From contig JBPYDU010000044.1 in NCBI GenBank assembly GCA_051985995.1, forward strand, positions 2,794-66,793: a stretch of DNA of 64,000 nucleotides, written 5' to 3'. Shown one piece after another: positions 20,167-29,904 of the stretch (positions within the stretch are counted from its first letter, which is position 1; each line of letters starts with the position of its first letter). Origin of the DNA: Candidatus Nitrosopolaris sp. Its GTDB lineage: Archaea; Thermoproteota; Nitrososphaeria; Nitrososphaerales; Nitrososphaeraceae. Made by a program: the position numbers and the translations under genes. The notes beneath the pieces were generated by a model that was not told where the DNA came from, made no database searches, and saw only the letters and a program-made list of their open reading frames with translations.

Positions 20167-20582
20167 CATTCTTAATAGTCAAATAACAATAGCATAATAC
20201 TACGTACACCAGATATGAAACAACTAATCGCCAATGACTAATAATACTAGTAACACCGGATACGCCGTTCTTACCACCAGTCGTAGAGCTGAATGTGATA
20301 AGGGAGTTAATATGAATATCGGGTTTGAAAAAATGAACCTGAATCTACAAGGAAATGTTCTGTAGCTATTCTAACCCCAAAGACTTTTCACTTTATTTTA
20401 AGATGTCTGGGCGAACTGATTCTGAAAAAATATGCAGGACGGAAATTGTCGATCCTCATTTCGTCTGGCTAGATATTTTGCTTTCAAAGTCTTGTCCTAT
20501 CCGAATAGAAACTGCTATCGTTAGAATGATCCATCTATAGAGTTGATTGTTACTTCCTTAGTTTGTTCTCTACATAACCCAT

Positions 20583-20732
20583 TTACCCGCAAAATGACGC
20601 ATTAACACAGATGGCAGGCCCATGCTGTGACACAACTACGTACAAAATTATTCCTATAACTACCGCCAAACCCCCAATCATAAGCATAGATGTCTTATCT
20701 AAATTCCTCAATCTATTCATTTTCAATATCAT
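20583..20732 (-). CDS. Small single-TM peptide ending CVNASFCG
   Basis: Basic N-terminus, one clear TM helix and a C-terminal Cys pair; start at ATG 20732 or 20720. Confidence 0.45.
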   Translation of the reverse strand: MILKMNRLRNLDKTSMLMIGGLAVVIGIILYVVVSQHGPAICVNASFCG

Positions 20733-21074
20733 TGTTCTCACACTCATCTCTAGATACGAGAATATAGTATAAATGATGTAGGTTTCTATTGCAAATGTTT
20801 GCAAACAGAAATTATTTTAGCCATGTTCTTCAGCCTTATCAGAGAGCACTCCTTATGCGACTTCTCCATTATTAAGATGAACAAGATCTGTGGATGAAAT
20901 TGACGGATTGAAAGATATTCAGCGTGCCAGTCTGGACAGCAAAGAACTATCAACCGCGCCTTTCAATTGATATCCTCCGTAGAGTGTTGTAACGAGTGCC
21001 GCTAAGTTTAGGACGATGACTATCCTTACATCTACTTCTAATTTGTATCATATCCATGTCACACCATTGTTTTA

Positions 21075-21175
21075 CTGTTTCCATATTTTACTAGCTTATT
21101 TCCTACTGTTACCATAGCCTTCAGGCATGCTACCATGATGTTACCACCTGTTTTCAGCTGCTACCTCTGTTACCA
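21075..21175. repeat. Cluster of six imperfect 9-mers (consensus CTGTTACCA)
   Basis: Copies at 21075, 21106, 21127, 21138, 21158 and 21167. Confidence 0.6.
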
Positions 21176-21359
21176 AGCGGATTGAATCGTCCGAGAAATC
21201 CCCCACCCAGTGCGTACCCTAGAAAATAAAATAAATTCGGAAAATTCTGTCAAATGCGGATTCAAACTTCCTAATAAATATACTTGAGGGAACTTATTGA
21301 AATCCGGGTATACTTTTGGTGAATTATAGTTTAGAACGTTCTATACTTTGTATCACATG

Positions 21360-21451
21360 ATCCTTACCATCCTTACGATCCTTACTTGTGCTGTTTTGAA
21401 TTCAGCCGGCTTGTAGTATTAGGTAAGGAAGGTAAGCATCGTAAGGATGGT
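21360..21451. repeat. Iteron-like array: three direct 9-mers ATCCTTACN facing three inverted copies across a 35-bp spacer
   Basis: 21360-21386 ATCCTTACC ATCCTTACG ATCCTTACT; 21422-21448 GGTAAGGAA GGTAAGCAT CGTAAGGAT. Confidence 0.85.
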
Positions 21452-21924
21452 GTATTCTAAAGTTTCTGAAGTTACAAGTAACCGAAAACTGCTGTATTTA
21501 TTGACCCCTGACTTAAACAGTTATGTACGCTTCGTTTGCCATTCTTTATCTAAACAATAAAGCATCTGGATATATGGATCAAGAAACAAATGCTTCTCCA
21601 TAAAGAATACATGAAAATGACGAACCTAGAAGAGGGAATATATGTGTAGGTATAGCTGACCTTAAAGCAGTATATCGAGTATAATTCGATCAAAACAAGC
21701 TTAATCAGATTGTTGATGATTATGAAGTAGACGGAAATACACAGTTCTATGTAGTCGCGCCAGAGATTATTGACTGGAACCGTCTAGGACACAGCCTTTT
21801 GGATTCTGGAGACCCCACTAAATAGAGAAATACAGCCATTGGATCATCGATAACCAATGTGGTTAACATAGTATATTCACCACTGTAACGCAAATTGGAC
21901 CTAAATATAGGGACAGTATTGAAC

Positions 21925-22033
21925 CGGGCTCGGAGGGATTTGAACCCTCGACCTGACGCTTAGGAGGCGTCCGCGCTATCCATTATTCGCCCGTTATCGC
22001 CATACTTGATTGAACGGTCTGCGCTACGAGCCC
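21925..22033 (-). tRNA. tRNA-Arg(CCT) with non-canonical intron of about 34 nt in the D-loop
   Basis: Acceptor GGGCTCG/CGAGCCC, D stem GCGC/GCGC, anticodon arm GACGC-CT CCT AA-GCGTC, T arm GAGGG-TTCAAAT-CCCTC; insertion after A14-G15; no encoded CCA. Confidence 0.93.
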
Positions 22034-22143
22034 CATTTTTTCAACTTCCGGTCCACAATTTAAATATTTGACAATTTTCGTTCCAGCTCAGAGGGAAAAC
22101 TGACGTAGCAAATCGAACTAATTTTCTAGTCGGTGTCAGAATA

Positions 22144-22911
22144 TTATTTGACAGCAAGCCCGTATTTCCAATTATTTTTTTCCATATCATTGATAAATCC
22201 CAATAATAGGCGTTCAAGTATATGTAAAGTTTCGTCGCCCTTTGACCTGCTCGCATGCCGTGGGGCACCTGTAGCTCCAGTCTTAGATAGCTCACTGAAT
22301 TTCCAATAAATCCTTACATTTCGTGGTAGCTTAGGGAATGTTTTCTGGGGCGCGTACCTCATGTCCACCAGATCGGGCCGGACTGATAACATAACCGACG
22401 TTTCCGCCTCTCCACCATGACCGAGTCCATGACATTCGTCAAATAGATTTTTGGTCTTGGCCACGAGGGTCCACCATGCTTCAAGGCATGCGATCACTAC
22501 TGTGGGATATCTTTCCTTTATCATCCTGGCGGACAACTCTATAGGCGCGATATTGCCGTCATGTCCATTTAGTATTAATATTCTGTTTATGCCATTTCTG
22601 ATAAGACTTGAGCATACGTCTTCAATTGCTCTAATCAGTGTATTTGGCTCCAAAGTTATTGTCATCTGAAAGTCGCTGTGATGTGAGCTAACTCCGTAGG
22701 GAAAAGCAGGCAGCACCAACACATTCCCTGCACGGGCGGCAATACGTTTCGCCAATTCCATGGGAACAAAAAAGTCAGCGCCAAAGGGCATGTGATCACC
22801 ATGATTCTCGCATGCCCCAAAAACGAGGATAGCTACTGTCTTATTATTTAGATTTTTTCTTAATTGGACTGCGTTCATCTCTTCCAAGATATGAGGGGAT
22901 TCGTTTATCAC
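22144..22911 (-). CDS. Creatininase-family amidohydrolase
   Basis: GACENHGDHMPFGAD, YGVSSHH, LNGHDGN, HGGEAETS. Confidence 0.9.
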   Translation of the reverse strand: MINESPHILEEMNAVQLRKNLNNKTVAILVFGACENHGDHMPFGADFFVPMELAKRIAARAGNVLVLPAFPYGVSSHHSDFQMTITLEPNTLIRAIEDVCSSLIRNGINRILILNGHDGNIAPIELSARMIKERYPTVVIACLEAWWTLVAKTKNLFDECHGLGHGGEAETSVMLSVRPDLVDMRYAPQKTFPKLPRNVRIYWKFSELSKTGATGAPRHASRSKGDETLHILERLLLGFINDMEKNNWKYGLAVK

Positions 22912-23293
22912 TTCGAGTTCTTGTTTACTAGGTAAGAAAGCACTTTAAATTTTTTGAGCATTCTCCAAACCGAATGAAAGTCTAGTGTGGTGATGAGTTT
23001 GCAGTGTCCCAGGTACTGTTTACAAGTCTACACCAACCTGCAGACTGATGTTCTGCCTAGCCCGGCACTAGCCCGACGAGAAGCCATCGAATAATGAGAA
23101 TCGCAATCTGGCGGTCCTCAATTCGAACATTCTTGAGGTTTGTTTTCGTGAGTAGACAATCGGTCTCTCGCGGGCTATATTTCAAATTTTCCAAATGAGT
23201 AATGTACCTTTGCATGTTGCAAAGTCCTACAAACCAGGCACTCACCCAAAGCGATATCCCAAGAAAAGTTTTCGTATGCTGCGCAAGGACTAA

Positions 23294-24118
23294 TTACTGA
23301 ATGGTCGTGAAAACATAGGCAGTATCAATCTTCTCGTCGTTAGTCCAACAAGTAGGTAAAGTAAGACATTTTTTTATCTTGAGATCGTACATTTCGATAA
23401 TTTTACCCCACCCCCATCCCGTCTTATCTCTTGAATATTCCTTCATAATGTGGCTTCCCATAAAATTGAATCCCGAACATTCTCTTAGCGTAGATATTTT
23501 CGTGATACGAGGAATCACTGAGGTTGCGAGCATCTCACCCCATTCAGGTAAGCCCGAAATAAAAAACATAGGTCTTGAAAGATGAAGAGATTCGTATGCA
23601 AATTTTGTTGCATCGCCTTGATGTATCTCGTATTTAACATCAGTTAGAGCAGAAATTTCATGCTGGAGGACTGTAAGTTTGCTATCAATTTCTATCCCAA
23701 GCGATCTAAGTCCCAACAACTTGCCACAGTACGCGACTCTACCGTCACCGGACCCGATATCGACAATATCTTTGAAGCCTAATAATTTGGCTTCTAATGC
23801 TAAAGCGTAAGCAGACAGCATCCACGTAGGATAAAAGGGCTGGTAATTCGCATCATATTTCTTTGTACTCAACCAGTAATCGTTGATATCACCGAAGTAT
23901 GCTCTACACGGTATATCAAAGACGTGTACATCCTCGGATTCAACATAAATGGGGTTATGATTCACAAAATCGTTCATACACAATAACATTTGATCCCCTA
24001 TTGGTATTATCTTAGAATACGACAACGGTAATATTTCTCTGACAAAGCTTCGGGTAACGTGATTTTTGATAAACTCATTTTTCAATTTTACAATGCCTTG
24101 CGTGATTGAATAGCTCAA
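23294..24118 (-). CDS. Putative SAM-dependent methyltransferase
   Basis: FYPTW, IVDIGSGDGR, GIEID, GDAT. Confidence 0.75.
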   Translation of the reverse strand: MSYSITQGIVKLKNEFIKNHVTRSFVREILPLSYSKIIPIGDQMLLCMNDFVNHNPIYVESEDVHVFDIPCRAYFGDINDYWLSTKKYDANYQPFYPTWMLSAYALALEAKLLGFKDIVDIGSGDGRVAYCGKLLGLRSLGIEIDSKLTVLQHEISALTDVKYEIHQGDATKFAYESLHLSRPMFFISGLPEWGEMLATSVIPRITKISTLRECSGFNFMGSHIMKEYSRDKTGWGWGKIIEMYDLKIKKCLTLPTCWTNDEKIDTAYVFTTIQ

Positions 24119-24136
24119 ATCCGAAACTTCACCTAT

Positions 24137-24313
24137 TCAATAAACTGATTCTGCAGTAGGTCTCAATCCTCTTTTGAAACTCGTACGTCCACAAGTTTTA
24201 CAACGATAGAGCCTCTTACGCTTATAAGTATAAACTACATCCTCTTCCTCAATCGCATCATGTATTGTCCTCATCATACATCTATCGCAGAAACGTCGCT
24301 CCGGTGTTATCAA
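24137..24313 (-). CDS. Small zinc-finger protein (58 aa, below the ORF-track cutoff)
   Basis: Manual translation: MITPERRFCDRCMMRTIHDAIEEEDVVYTYKRKRLYRCKTCGRTSFKRGLRPTAESVY*. Two CxxC motifs; ends 19 bp before the methyltransferase start. Confidence 0.75.
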   Translation of the reverse strand: MITPERRFCDRCMMRTIHDAIEEEDVVYTYKRKRLYRCKTCGRTSFKRGLRPTAESVY

Positions 24314-24472
24314 GAGCCAGCTTGAGTTTGCATTATTCTATTTATGAATCTAATCGAACCGGTCTTAACAACGCTTCTTAGCATAGCTTGGCGACAAATG
24401 AGTGGAGAAATGTTGTGGAGAATACCCTTGTCTACCGCTTTATCGTTTGTTAGTCTGTATTGAATCAAGAAC

Positions 24473-25399
24473 CTATCCTACTTGTGATTGTAGTTTCTGT
24501 GTGAGCAATTTCGGCACTTCAGCTGGCCGTTTCGCGACCGGCACACCTGCCTTTTCAAATTTCATAAATTTTGATTCTGCCGAGCCGTAGTTCCCATAGA
24601 CGATCGCACCAGCGTGTCCCATTCTCTTTTCTTTTGGTGCAGCTCTCCCCGCGATATATGCAACAACAGCCTTTGGGAAGCTTGTTTCGATCATATAATC
24701 TGCGAGCCGTTCTTCCGCATCCCCGCCGATTTCGCCCACTACTACCACTGATTGAACATCATCCTTATTCCTAATCATGTCAAAAGCTTCGATTAGATTT
24801 GTTCCGTTTATAGGATCGCCACCCACTCCAAGGCATAACCTCTGTCCGAATCCTGACTTGGTCAAGTTATACGAGACTTCATACATTAATGTGCCGCTGC
24901 GTGAAAACACTACCGTGGCACCTTCCTTAAAGGGTTGTGCCGGCATGATACCAACTTTCATAACTTGGGGGACGATGACGCCAGGCGTATTAGGCCCCAC
25001 CATTCTTGCATCCTTTGTCTTCGCGTATTCTAACACTTTTATTGAATCAATTATCGGTACATGTTCTGGAACTGCTACTAGTAATTTTATTCCGCTATCT
25101 AGGGCATCCTTGGCAGCGCTAAGGAAGAAAGGTGCAGGCACAAACATCCCAGAGATTCTTGCTCCTGTTGATTGAACAGCGTCAGTCATCTTATCAAATA
25201 CGGGAATTCCTTCAAAGGTCTGGCCTCCTTTGCCGGGAGTGACACCTGCCACAATATTGGTGCCATAAGCAGTCATTAATCTGGAGTGGGTCGAACCAAA
25301 GCTCCCCGTAATTCCTTGGATTATGACAGGTTTTTTCTTGTAATCGTCATCTTTTTCCTTGCCAACCAATAACTCAAATATATCGTATTCTTGAACCAC
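24473..25399 (-). CDS. sucD: Succinyl-CoA ligase alpha subunit
   Basis: [41 protein letters not shown]. Confidence 0.96.
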   Translation of the reverse strand: MVQEYDIFELLVGKEKDDDYKKKPVIIQGITGSFGSTHSRLMTAYGTNIVAGVTPGKGGQTFEGIPVFDKMTDAVQSTGARISGMFVPAPFFLSAAKDALDSGIKLLVAVPEHVPIIDSIKVLEYAKTKDARMVGPNTPGVIVPQVMKVGIMPAQPFKEGATVVFSRSGTLMYEVSYNLTKSGFGQRLCLGVGGDPINGTNLIEAFDMIRNKDDVQSVVVVGEIGGDAEERLADYMIETSFPKAVVAYIAGRAAPKEKRMGHAGAIVYGNYGSAESKFMKFEKAGVPVAKRPAEVPKLLTQKLQSQVG

Positions 25400-25417
25400 T
25401 ATCTTTTCTCCTCTACA

Positions 25418-26521
25418 TTACGAAACTTGGTTAACTACTCCACGTATGGCTTCTTCCACCGTATCATATAATTTTGCCTGGCTTCCCGCGAGCATGGTCT
25501 TGGCTTTTTCAGATTCTGCCCCCGTGATCCTTGCGAACAGGGGAACGTCGATCAGATTATTTCTATAGGCATCCAGTATTGCTTGAGCGACTAAGTTCGT
25601 TTTTACAATTCCGCCGAAAAGATTCACCAGGATACCTTGGATCCTTTTTATTTTGCTAATGACTTTTAGTGCTTCATAAATCGTTTCAGTAGTTGCTCCA
25701 CCTCCGAAGTCAAGAAAGCAGCCCGCCTTACCGCCTGCGTCTGTGACCATGTCTACGGTAGACATTACCAAACCTGCCCCGTTTCCTATGATAGCGATAT
25801 TCCCATCTAGTTCCACCAATGAAAAGCCACTCCTTCCGGCTTGTTCCTCCAACTCGGAAATATGCTCGTACTTCTTTAGGTCAACATGCCTAAACATCGC
25901 GTTGTCATCGATGATCACTTTCGCATCTAGCGCCATTAGGGAGCCGTCACTCAACACGGCCATAGGATTGATCTCTGCGAGCTCAGCCTCTTCCTGCATA
26001 ACCATTTTTGAGAGCTTCATTGTAAAATCTGCGAAAGCGTTTCGTGCGACTCCGTTTAAACGTAATTTCGTTGCTGCGCCTTCGGCAATTTCAGGGGATA
26101 TGCCATCTAAGGGGATATCAAATATTACTTTGCTGTCTACGCTTTCAATTTCTATTCCTCCTTCTGCTGACGCAATTATGGAGTAGCATCTTTTGCTTCT
26201 GTTCAGAAAAAATGATAAATAAAGTTCCTTTTTTATGTCTACCACTTCTTCAACTAAGATCCCCCGAGGCAGTTCGCCTTTCACCTCCTTATTTCTGAGG
26301 TCCTCGAATTTTGGTAAAAGTTCTGATGCGTTTTTACATTTTAAGATTGCACCCGCCTTACCCCTTCCGCCGACCGTGAGTTGCGATTTCAGGACCACCG
26401 GATACCCGAGTTTTGTCGCTGCTTGAATGGCTTCGTCTCTAGAGTTAACGAGATATGCTGCGGGAACAGAAAGACCGTACTGAGAAAAAAGTTCCTTTCC
26501 TTGAAATTCAAGCAATCTCAT
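25418..26521 (-). CDS. sucC: Succinyl-CoA ligase beta subunit
   Basis: MRLLEFQGKELF, GGRGKAG, EINP, LDAK..IDDNA, GNGAGLVM, FLDFGGG, NLFGGI. Confidence 0.96.
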   Translation of the reverse strand: MRLLEFQGKELFSQYGLSVPAAYLVNSRDEAIQAATKLGYPVVLKSQLTVGGRGKAGAILKCKNASELLPKFEDLRNKEVKGELPRGILVEEVVDIKKELYLSFFLNRSKRCYSIIASAEGGIEIESVDSKVIFDIPLDGISPEIAEGAATKLRLNGVARNAFADFTMKLSKMVMQEEAELAEINPMAVLSDGSLMALDAKVIIDDNAMFRHVDLKKYEHISELEEQAGRSGFSLVELDGNIAIIGNGAGLVMSTVDMVTDAGGKAGCFLDFGGGATTETIYEALKVISKIKRIQGILVNLFGGIVKTNLVAQAILDAYRNNLIDVPLFARITGAESEKAKTMLAGSQAKLYDTVEEAIRGVVNQVS

Positions 26522-26890
26522 CTAAACGCAGAGGACATTCAAATGCGCTTATTTATAATCCTATTTTATTCGGCGTTTTAATCTGAGAAGAAAGGGCGAT
26601 TGGTATATGCAATTTTTATCCTACATACGTGTGAGCTAGGGCAGATTGCTCCAAACAAAGTTAGTGATCCCGAATTGATAGACGTAAATGAAGAGACCCC
26701 TTTTCATACATTGGCGAAGGTTGGGGTCGCTTCACATTCTTCTCTCATCAGTAGATGTAATCAGTGACACATCCTTGTCGAAAATTATAGAAGACCACAC
26801 TCGGACTATGATATCGTAGATGAACAGCATATGACGGGTTGTATTTCAAGAATTTTTAAAATTTATATACGGTTGCCCCGAAGTACGGAT

Positions 26891-27070
26891 ATGCACACGG
26901 CAACATGGCTGATAGTCCTGACGATGATTGTGGTTGGTACAATTCCAGTCTTGCTAATATGGTTAACCACGATGCCTCATACAAAATTATTACTGGCCAC
27001 GCAACAATCCCCACGAATTTCCATGACGCTGAATCAATTTCTTAATATTGGATTTATTCCGACGAATTAG
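26891..27070 (+). CDS. Small single-TM hypothetical protein
   Basis: ATG 26891 lies about 22 nt after TTTATATA; one hydrophobic helix. Confidence 0.35.
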   Translation: MHTATWLIVLTMIVVGTIPVLLIWLTTMPHTKLLLATQQSPRISMTLNQFLNIGFIPTN

Positions 27071-27322
27071 TAAATTTATACAACTGTTTTGAGTCTAGAT
27101 GAATAGGAACCATGTTAGAACAATCGAAACTACGATTGAACTTTTATAATTTTAACATCTTTGAAACATTCTAAAGTTAGTCGATATCTCAGCTTGCAAA
27201 CTCAATGTGTGTTGTATAGACTCTCTCTGCTGCGGCGAAGCAAGTGAGCTTATTTCGCTATCCATTTTGTATCCATGTGATGACCACAAAACTTTTGTAT
27301 AAATGCCGGTCATCCACACCGT

Positions 27323-27655
27323 TTGGCAAAACGTCAGTTCACCATCGACACTGGGATAGAAAAAATTCCTGTTGAGGGGCATGCTCATAAGAACGTAGCA
27401 ATTAAGTATTTAATGAGAAGGCGTAGATCCTTATTAGGAACCAAGGATCCCGTGCGATTGGATAATCTCTATTCTAATCTGCCGACGAATATTAAAATTA
27501 TTGGTAAACAGCTAACCCATGAATATAAAATAAATTGGGAGAGAGTTGGTTCAGCAGAATTTCAAGGATCGCGATTCGTCTTCACGATGATCGAGGGTCA
27601 ATCCCAAAATAGTGATATTATTCATGGTGGGCCCATCGTAGCAAACATGGAGTGA
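27323..27655 (+). CDS. Conserved hypothetical protein
   Basis: 110 aa with natural composition; TATA-like box near 27297. Confidence 0.7.
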   Translation: MAKRQFTIDTGIEKIPVEGHAHKNVAIKYLMRRRRSLLGTKDPVRLDNLYSNLPTNIKIIGKQLTHEYKINWERVGSAEFQGSRFVFTMIEGQSQNSDIIHGGPIVANME

Positions 27656-27884
27656 GTAAAAGATTAGAGGGTACTCGCTCCAAAGTAAGTGTTATTCATA
27701 AAAACATCTCTCTTCCCTTCATCCATGTCTATGTGGTCTGTGACGTCCAAGTTTGGTTTATGTTTAGGTTTAGGGACACGAAGACTAACCACGACATATT
27801 TAGAGTTCCTTACAAATTGTAACCGAGGCCAAGGTCGCGGCAAAAAAAGGAAAATCTGATAACGGCTCCTTAGTAATAGGGCAT

Positions 27885-28505
27885 ATGGTTAATTCTAACG
27901 TACCCTCCGAACACATTAAAGGAGGTAGCTGTCGGGCGAGGTTTCACGCGGAGAAAAGAGGTATCCGAGTATGTGGCGTAGCGGAAAGCTTCAATAAATC
28001 CTGTTGGTCTTCCACCATTGCAGGCATAGTTATGCGTCGTGATCTGATAGTTGATGGTGTAGCTTTTGGTACCGTCACGATTGGAGGCAATGATTCGACG
28101 CAAAACATACTGTCCATGGTTAGGTCGTTAAAGAGGGACGACGTTAATTGCATAATGCTTGACGGACTTATTATTAGCATGTACAATATAATAGATGGAG
28201 AAGAAATTACGGATAAGACGGGTGTTCCAGTTCTTGCCATTACATTCAATGACTCAGAAGGACTCGAAGGGAATATTCAACGTCATTTTCCAAATGACTC
28301 GAAGCAAAAATTGCAACAATATTATAAACTAGGGCAACGAGATAAAATTGTATTAAAGACTGGTAAGTTTATCTTCGCGCGATATTGGGGGCTTAGCTCA
28401 AAAGAAGCATCTACGATAGTTAATTCGTTTACCCTCCAAGGATCTATTCCAGAACCGATCAGAATAGCCAAACTTGCTGCGCGTGCGTTTATGAGAAGTC
28501 AATAA
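27885..28505 (+). CDS. DUF99 family (endonuclease V-like) protein
   Basis: GVAESF, G.VMRRDL.VDG, GNDST, MLDG....MYNIID, PEPIRIA; true start may be slightly downstream. Confidence 0.85.
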   Translation: MVNSNVPSEHIKGGSCRARFHAEKRGIRVCGVAESFNKSCWSSTIAGIVMRRDLIVDGVAFGTVTIGGNDSTQNILSMVRSLKRDDVNCIMLDGLIISMYNIIDGEEITDKTGVPVLAITFNDSEGLEGNIQRHFPNDSKQKLQQYYKLGQRDKIVLKTGKFIFARYWGLSSKEASTIVNSFTLQGSIPEPIRIAKLAARAFMRSQ

Positions 28506-28815
28506 TTTTTGATATATTGAATCAGGCACCATGATTAACATAGCTAGTCCAGAACAGGGTAGGAAATCTAATTCAGAAAATGGAAGAGTTCAGAGTATAT
28601 ACTTGCTGCTAGATTTAATAAAGTTCATTCAAAATCTGGGCAATGATGTAAATGGATGCATTCTTAATCGTATAGTCATAGAAGTAGAACCTTCATTTAA
28701 TATTCTAGAATTACTAATCGATCCTTCAATTTTGCTTATTATCATGTAAAGTGTAATAGTCGCTAGGCATAAACATACTGCATGCTTTTCTGTAAAACAA
28801 ATTTATTTTCGACTA

Positions 28816-29904
28816 ATGAAAAAGAAAGACCAGGACTTGTTCGATAAGAGCAAACGCGTACATTCTGGTGGTAAGAACAACCGAATTTTTGGCTTAAGTC
28901 CAAACATAGCCGTTATACTCGTTCTCGTAGCGCCGATTCTCTTTTCGATTATCGCCTATCCTGGTACCTTTAACCTGTCATGGAATGAAGGTCGGGGAGG
29001 ATTCTTATTCGCTCTGGCCTTCATTTCGGCAGAAATATGGGGTCTTCAGCTCAATGTTCATAGAAAAAAATACTTTGTTGTAAGTTGCCTTTCGGTTCTT
29101 ACAATTGGATATTTTATTGCATTGCCCCTAGGCCTTAGAGATACGATAGTATCCGCCGCGCCATTCTATAAGGTCCAGCTTATTTATAGTTGGACCTGGA
29201 TGTGGGACTTTGTAGTAATGGCTATTTACGTTCTTTTGTCTCAGATTATACTATTTGGAAAAAATTGGTATAAGATCGCTTCCGCAGGTGCGATTTATCT
29301 TGCGGGTAGTGCCCTGATTCTGTCGCTTGATGCATTCTTTCCCTATGACAGTCTGGGACCGCTACAAATCATTGTCCCATCTTACCTGCAGATAGATCAG
29401 TGGGTCATTAGACTTATTGACAATCATATAATGAGTCTGGGGCCAAGCCCCCCGGCCACCGCGCAGGGTAATCTGTTAGTGCTAAACGGCTTACATGGAC
29501 AGTTTGCACTAAAGGTATTCTGGCCATCTGCTGGCGTCCACAGCATGATTATTTACAGTCTAGTAATGCTTGCATTCCTTCTCAAGATGGATATACCAAT
29601 AGGGAGGAAACTCGTCTACTTTGGGCTCGGAGTGATAGGAACCGCCTCTGTAAATGTAATACGGATAATATCGTTATCTTTATTTGCGTTGATAATAACT
29701 ACTAATGTTACGGAATGGGAGACATTTCATTCCCTTGCAGGCGAGATTATGTTCTTACCCTGGTTGGGGATTTACCTTGCTAGTGTCGCTTATATTGAAG
29801 GTAAGAGGGCCAGAAATGAAGCTCAGCTATGGAACACCTCGCCTATCTCCGCTGCTTCGCCTGCTGATGATGCCTCTCCAAAGGAGTCGACGGGAACACC
29901 GTAG
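28816..29904 (+). CDS. Thaumarchaeosortase (exosortase/archaeosortase family)
   Basis: About 8 TM helices; SWNEGRGG, VFWPSAGVHS, NVIRI, FH...GEI.F. Confidence 0.85.
   Translation: MKKKDQDLFDKSKRVHSGGKNNRIFGLSPNIAVILVLVAPILFSIIAYPGTFNLSWNEGRGGFLFALAFISAEIWGLQLNVHRKKYFVVSCLSVLTIGYFIALPLGLRDTIVSAAPFYKVQLIYSWTWMWDFVVMAIYVLLSQIILFGKNWYKIASAGAIYLAGSALILSLDAFFPYDSLGPLQIIVPSYLQIDQWVIRLIDNHIMSLGPSPPATAQGNLLVLNGLHGQFALKVFWPSAGVHSMIIYSLVMLAFLLKMDIPIGRKLVYFGLGVIGTASVNVIRIISLSLFALIITTNVTEWETFHSLAGEIMFLPWLGIYLASVAYIEGKRARNEAQLWNTSPISAASPADDASPKESTGTP

Noticed and set aside
20319-20341. Possible att duplicate of the tRNA-Arg 3' end (CGGGTTTG...TGAACC)
   Set aside because: Similarity is too weak to distinguish from chance.
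21360-21451. Possible CRISPR array
   Set aside because: Units are 9 bp with no unique spacers, and no cas genes are in the window.
22989-23056. Fluoride riboswitch-like GGTGATG...CTGATG
   Set aside because: The P1 complement and pseudoknot partner are missing, and no fluoride exporter gene is adjacent.
28531-28749. Short intergenic ORFs (also 7357-7596, 7811-8023, 20355-20540, 30123-30305, 44676-44858)
   Set aside because: No recognisable motifs or clear promoter context; they cannot be supported from sequence alone.
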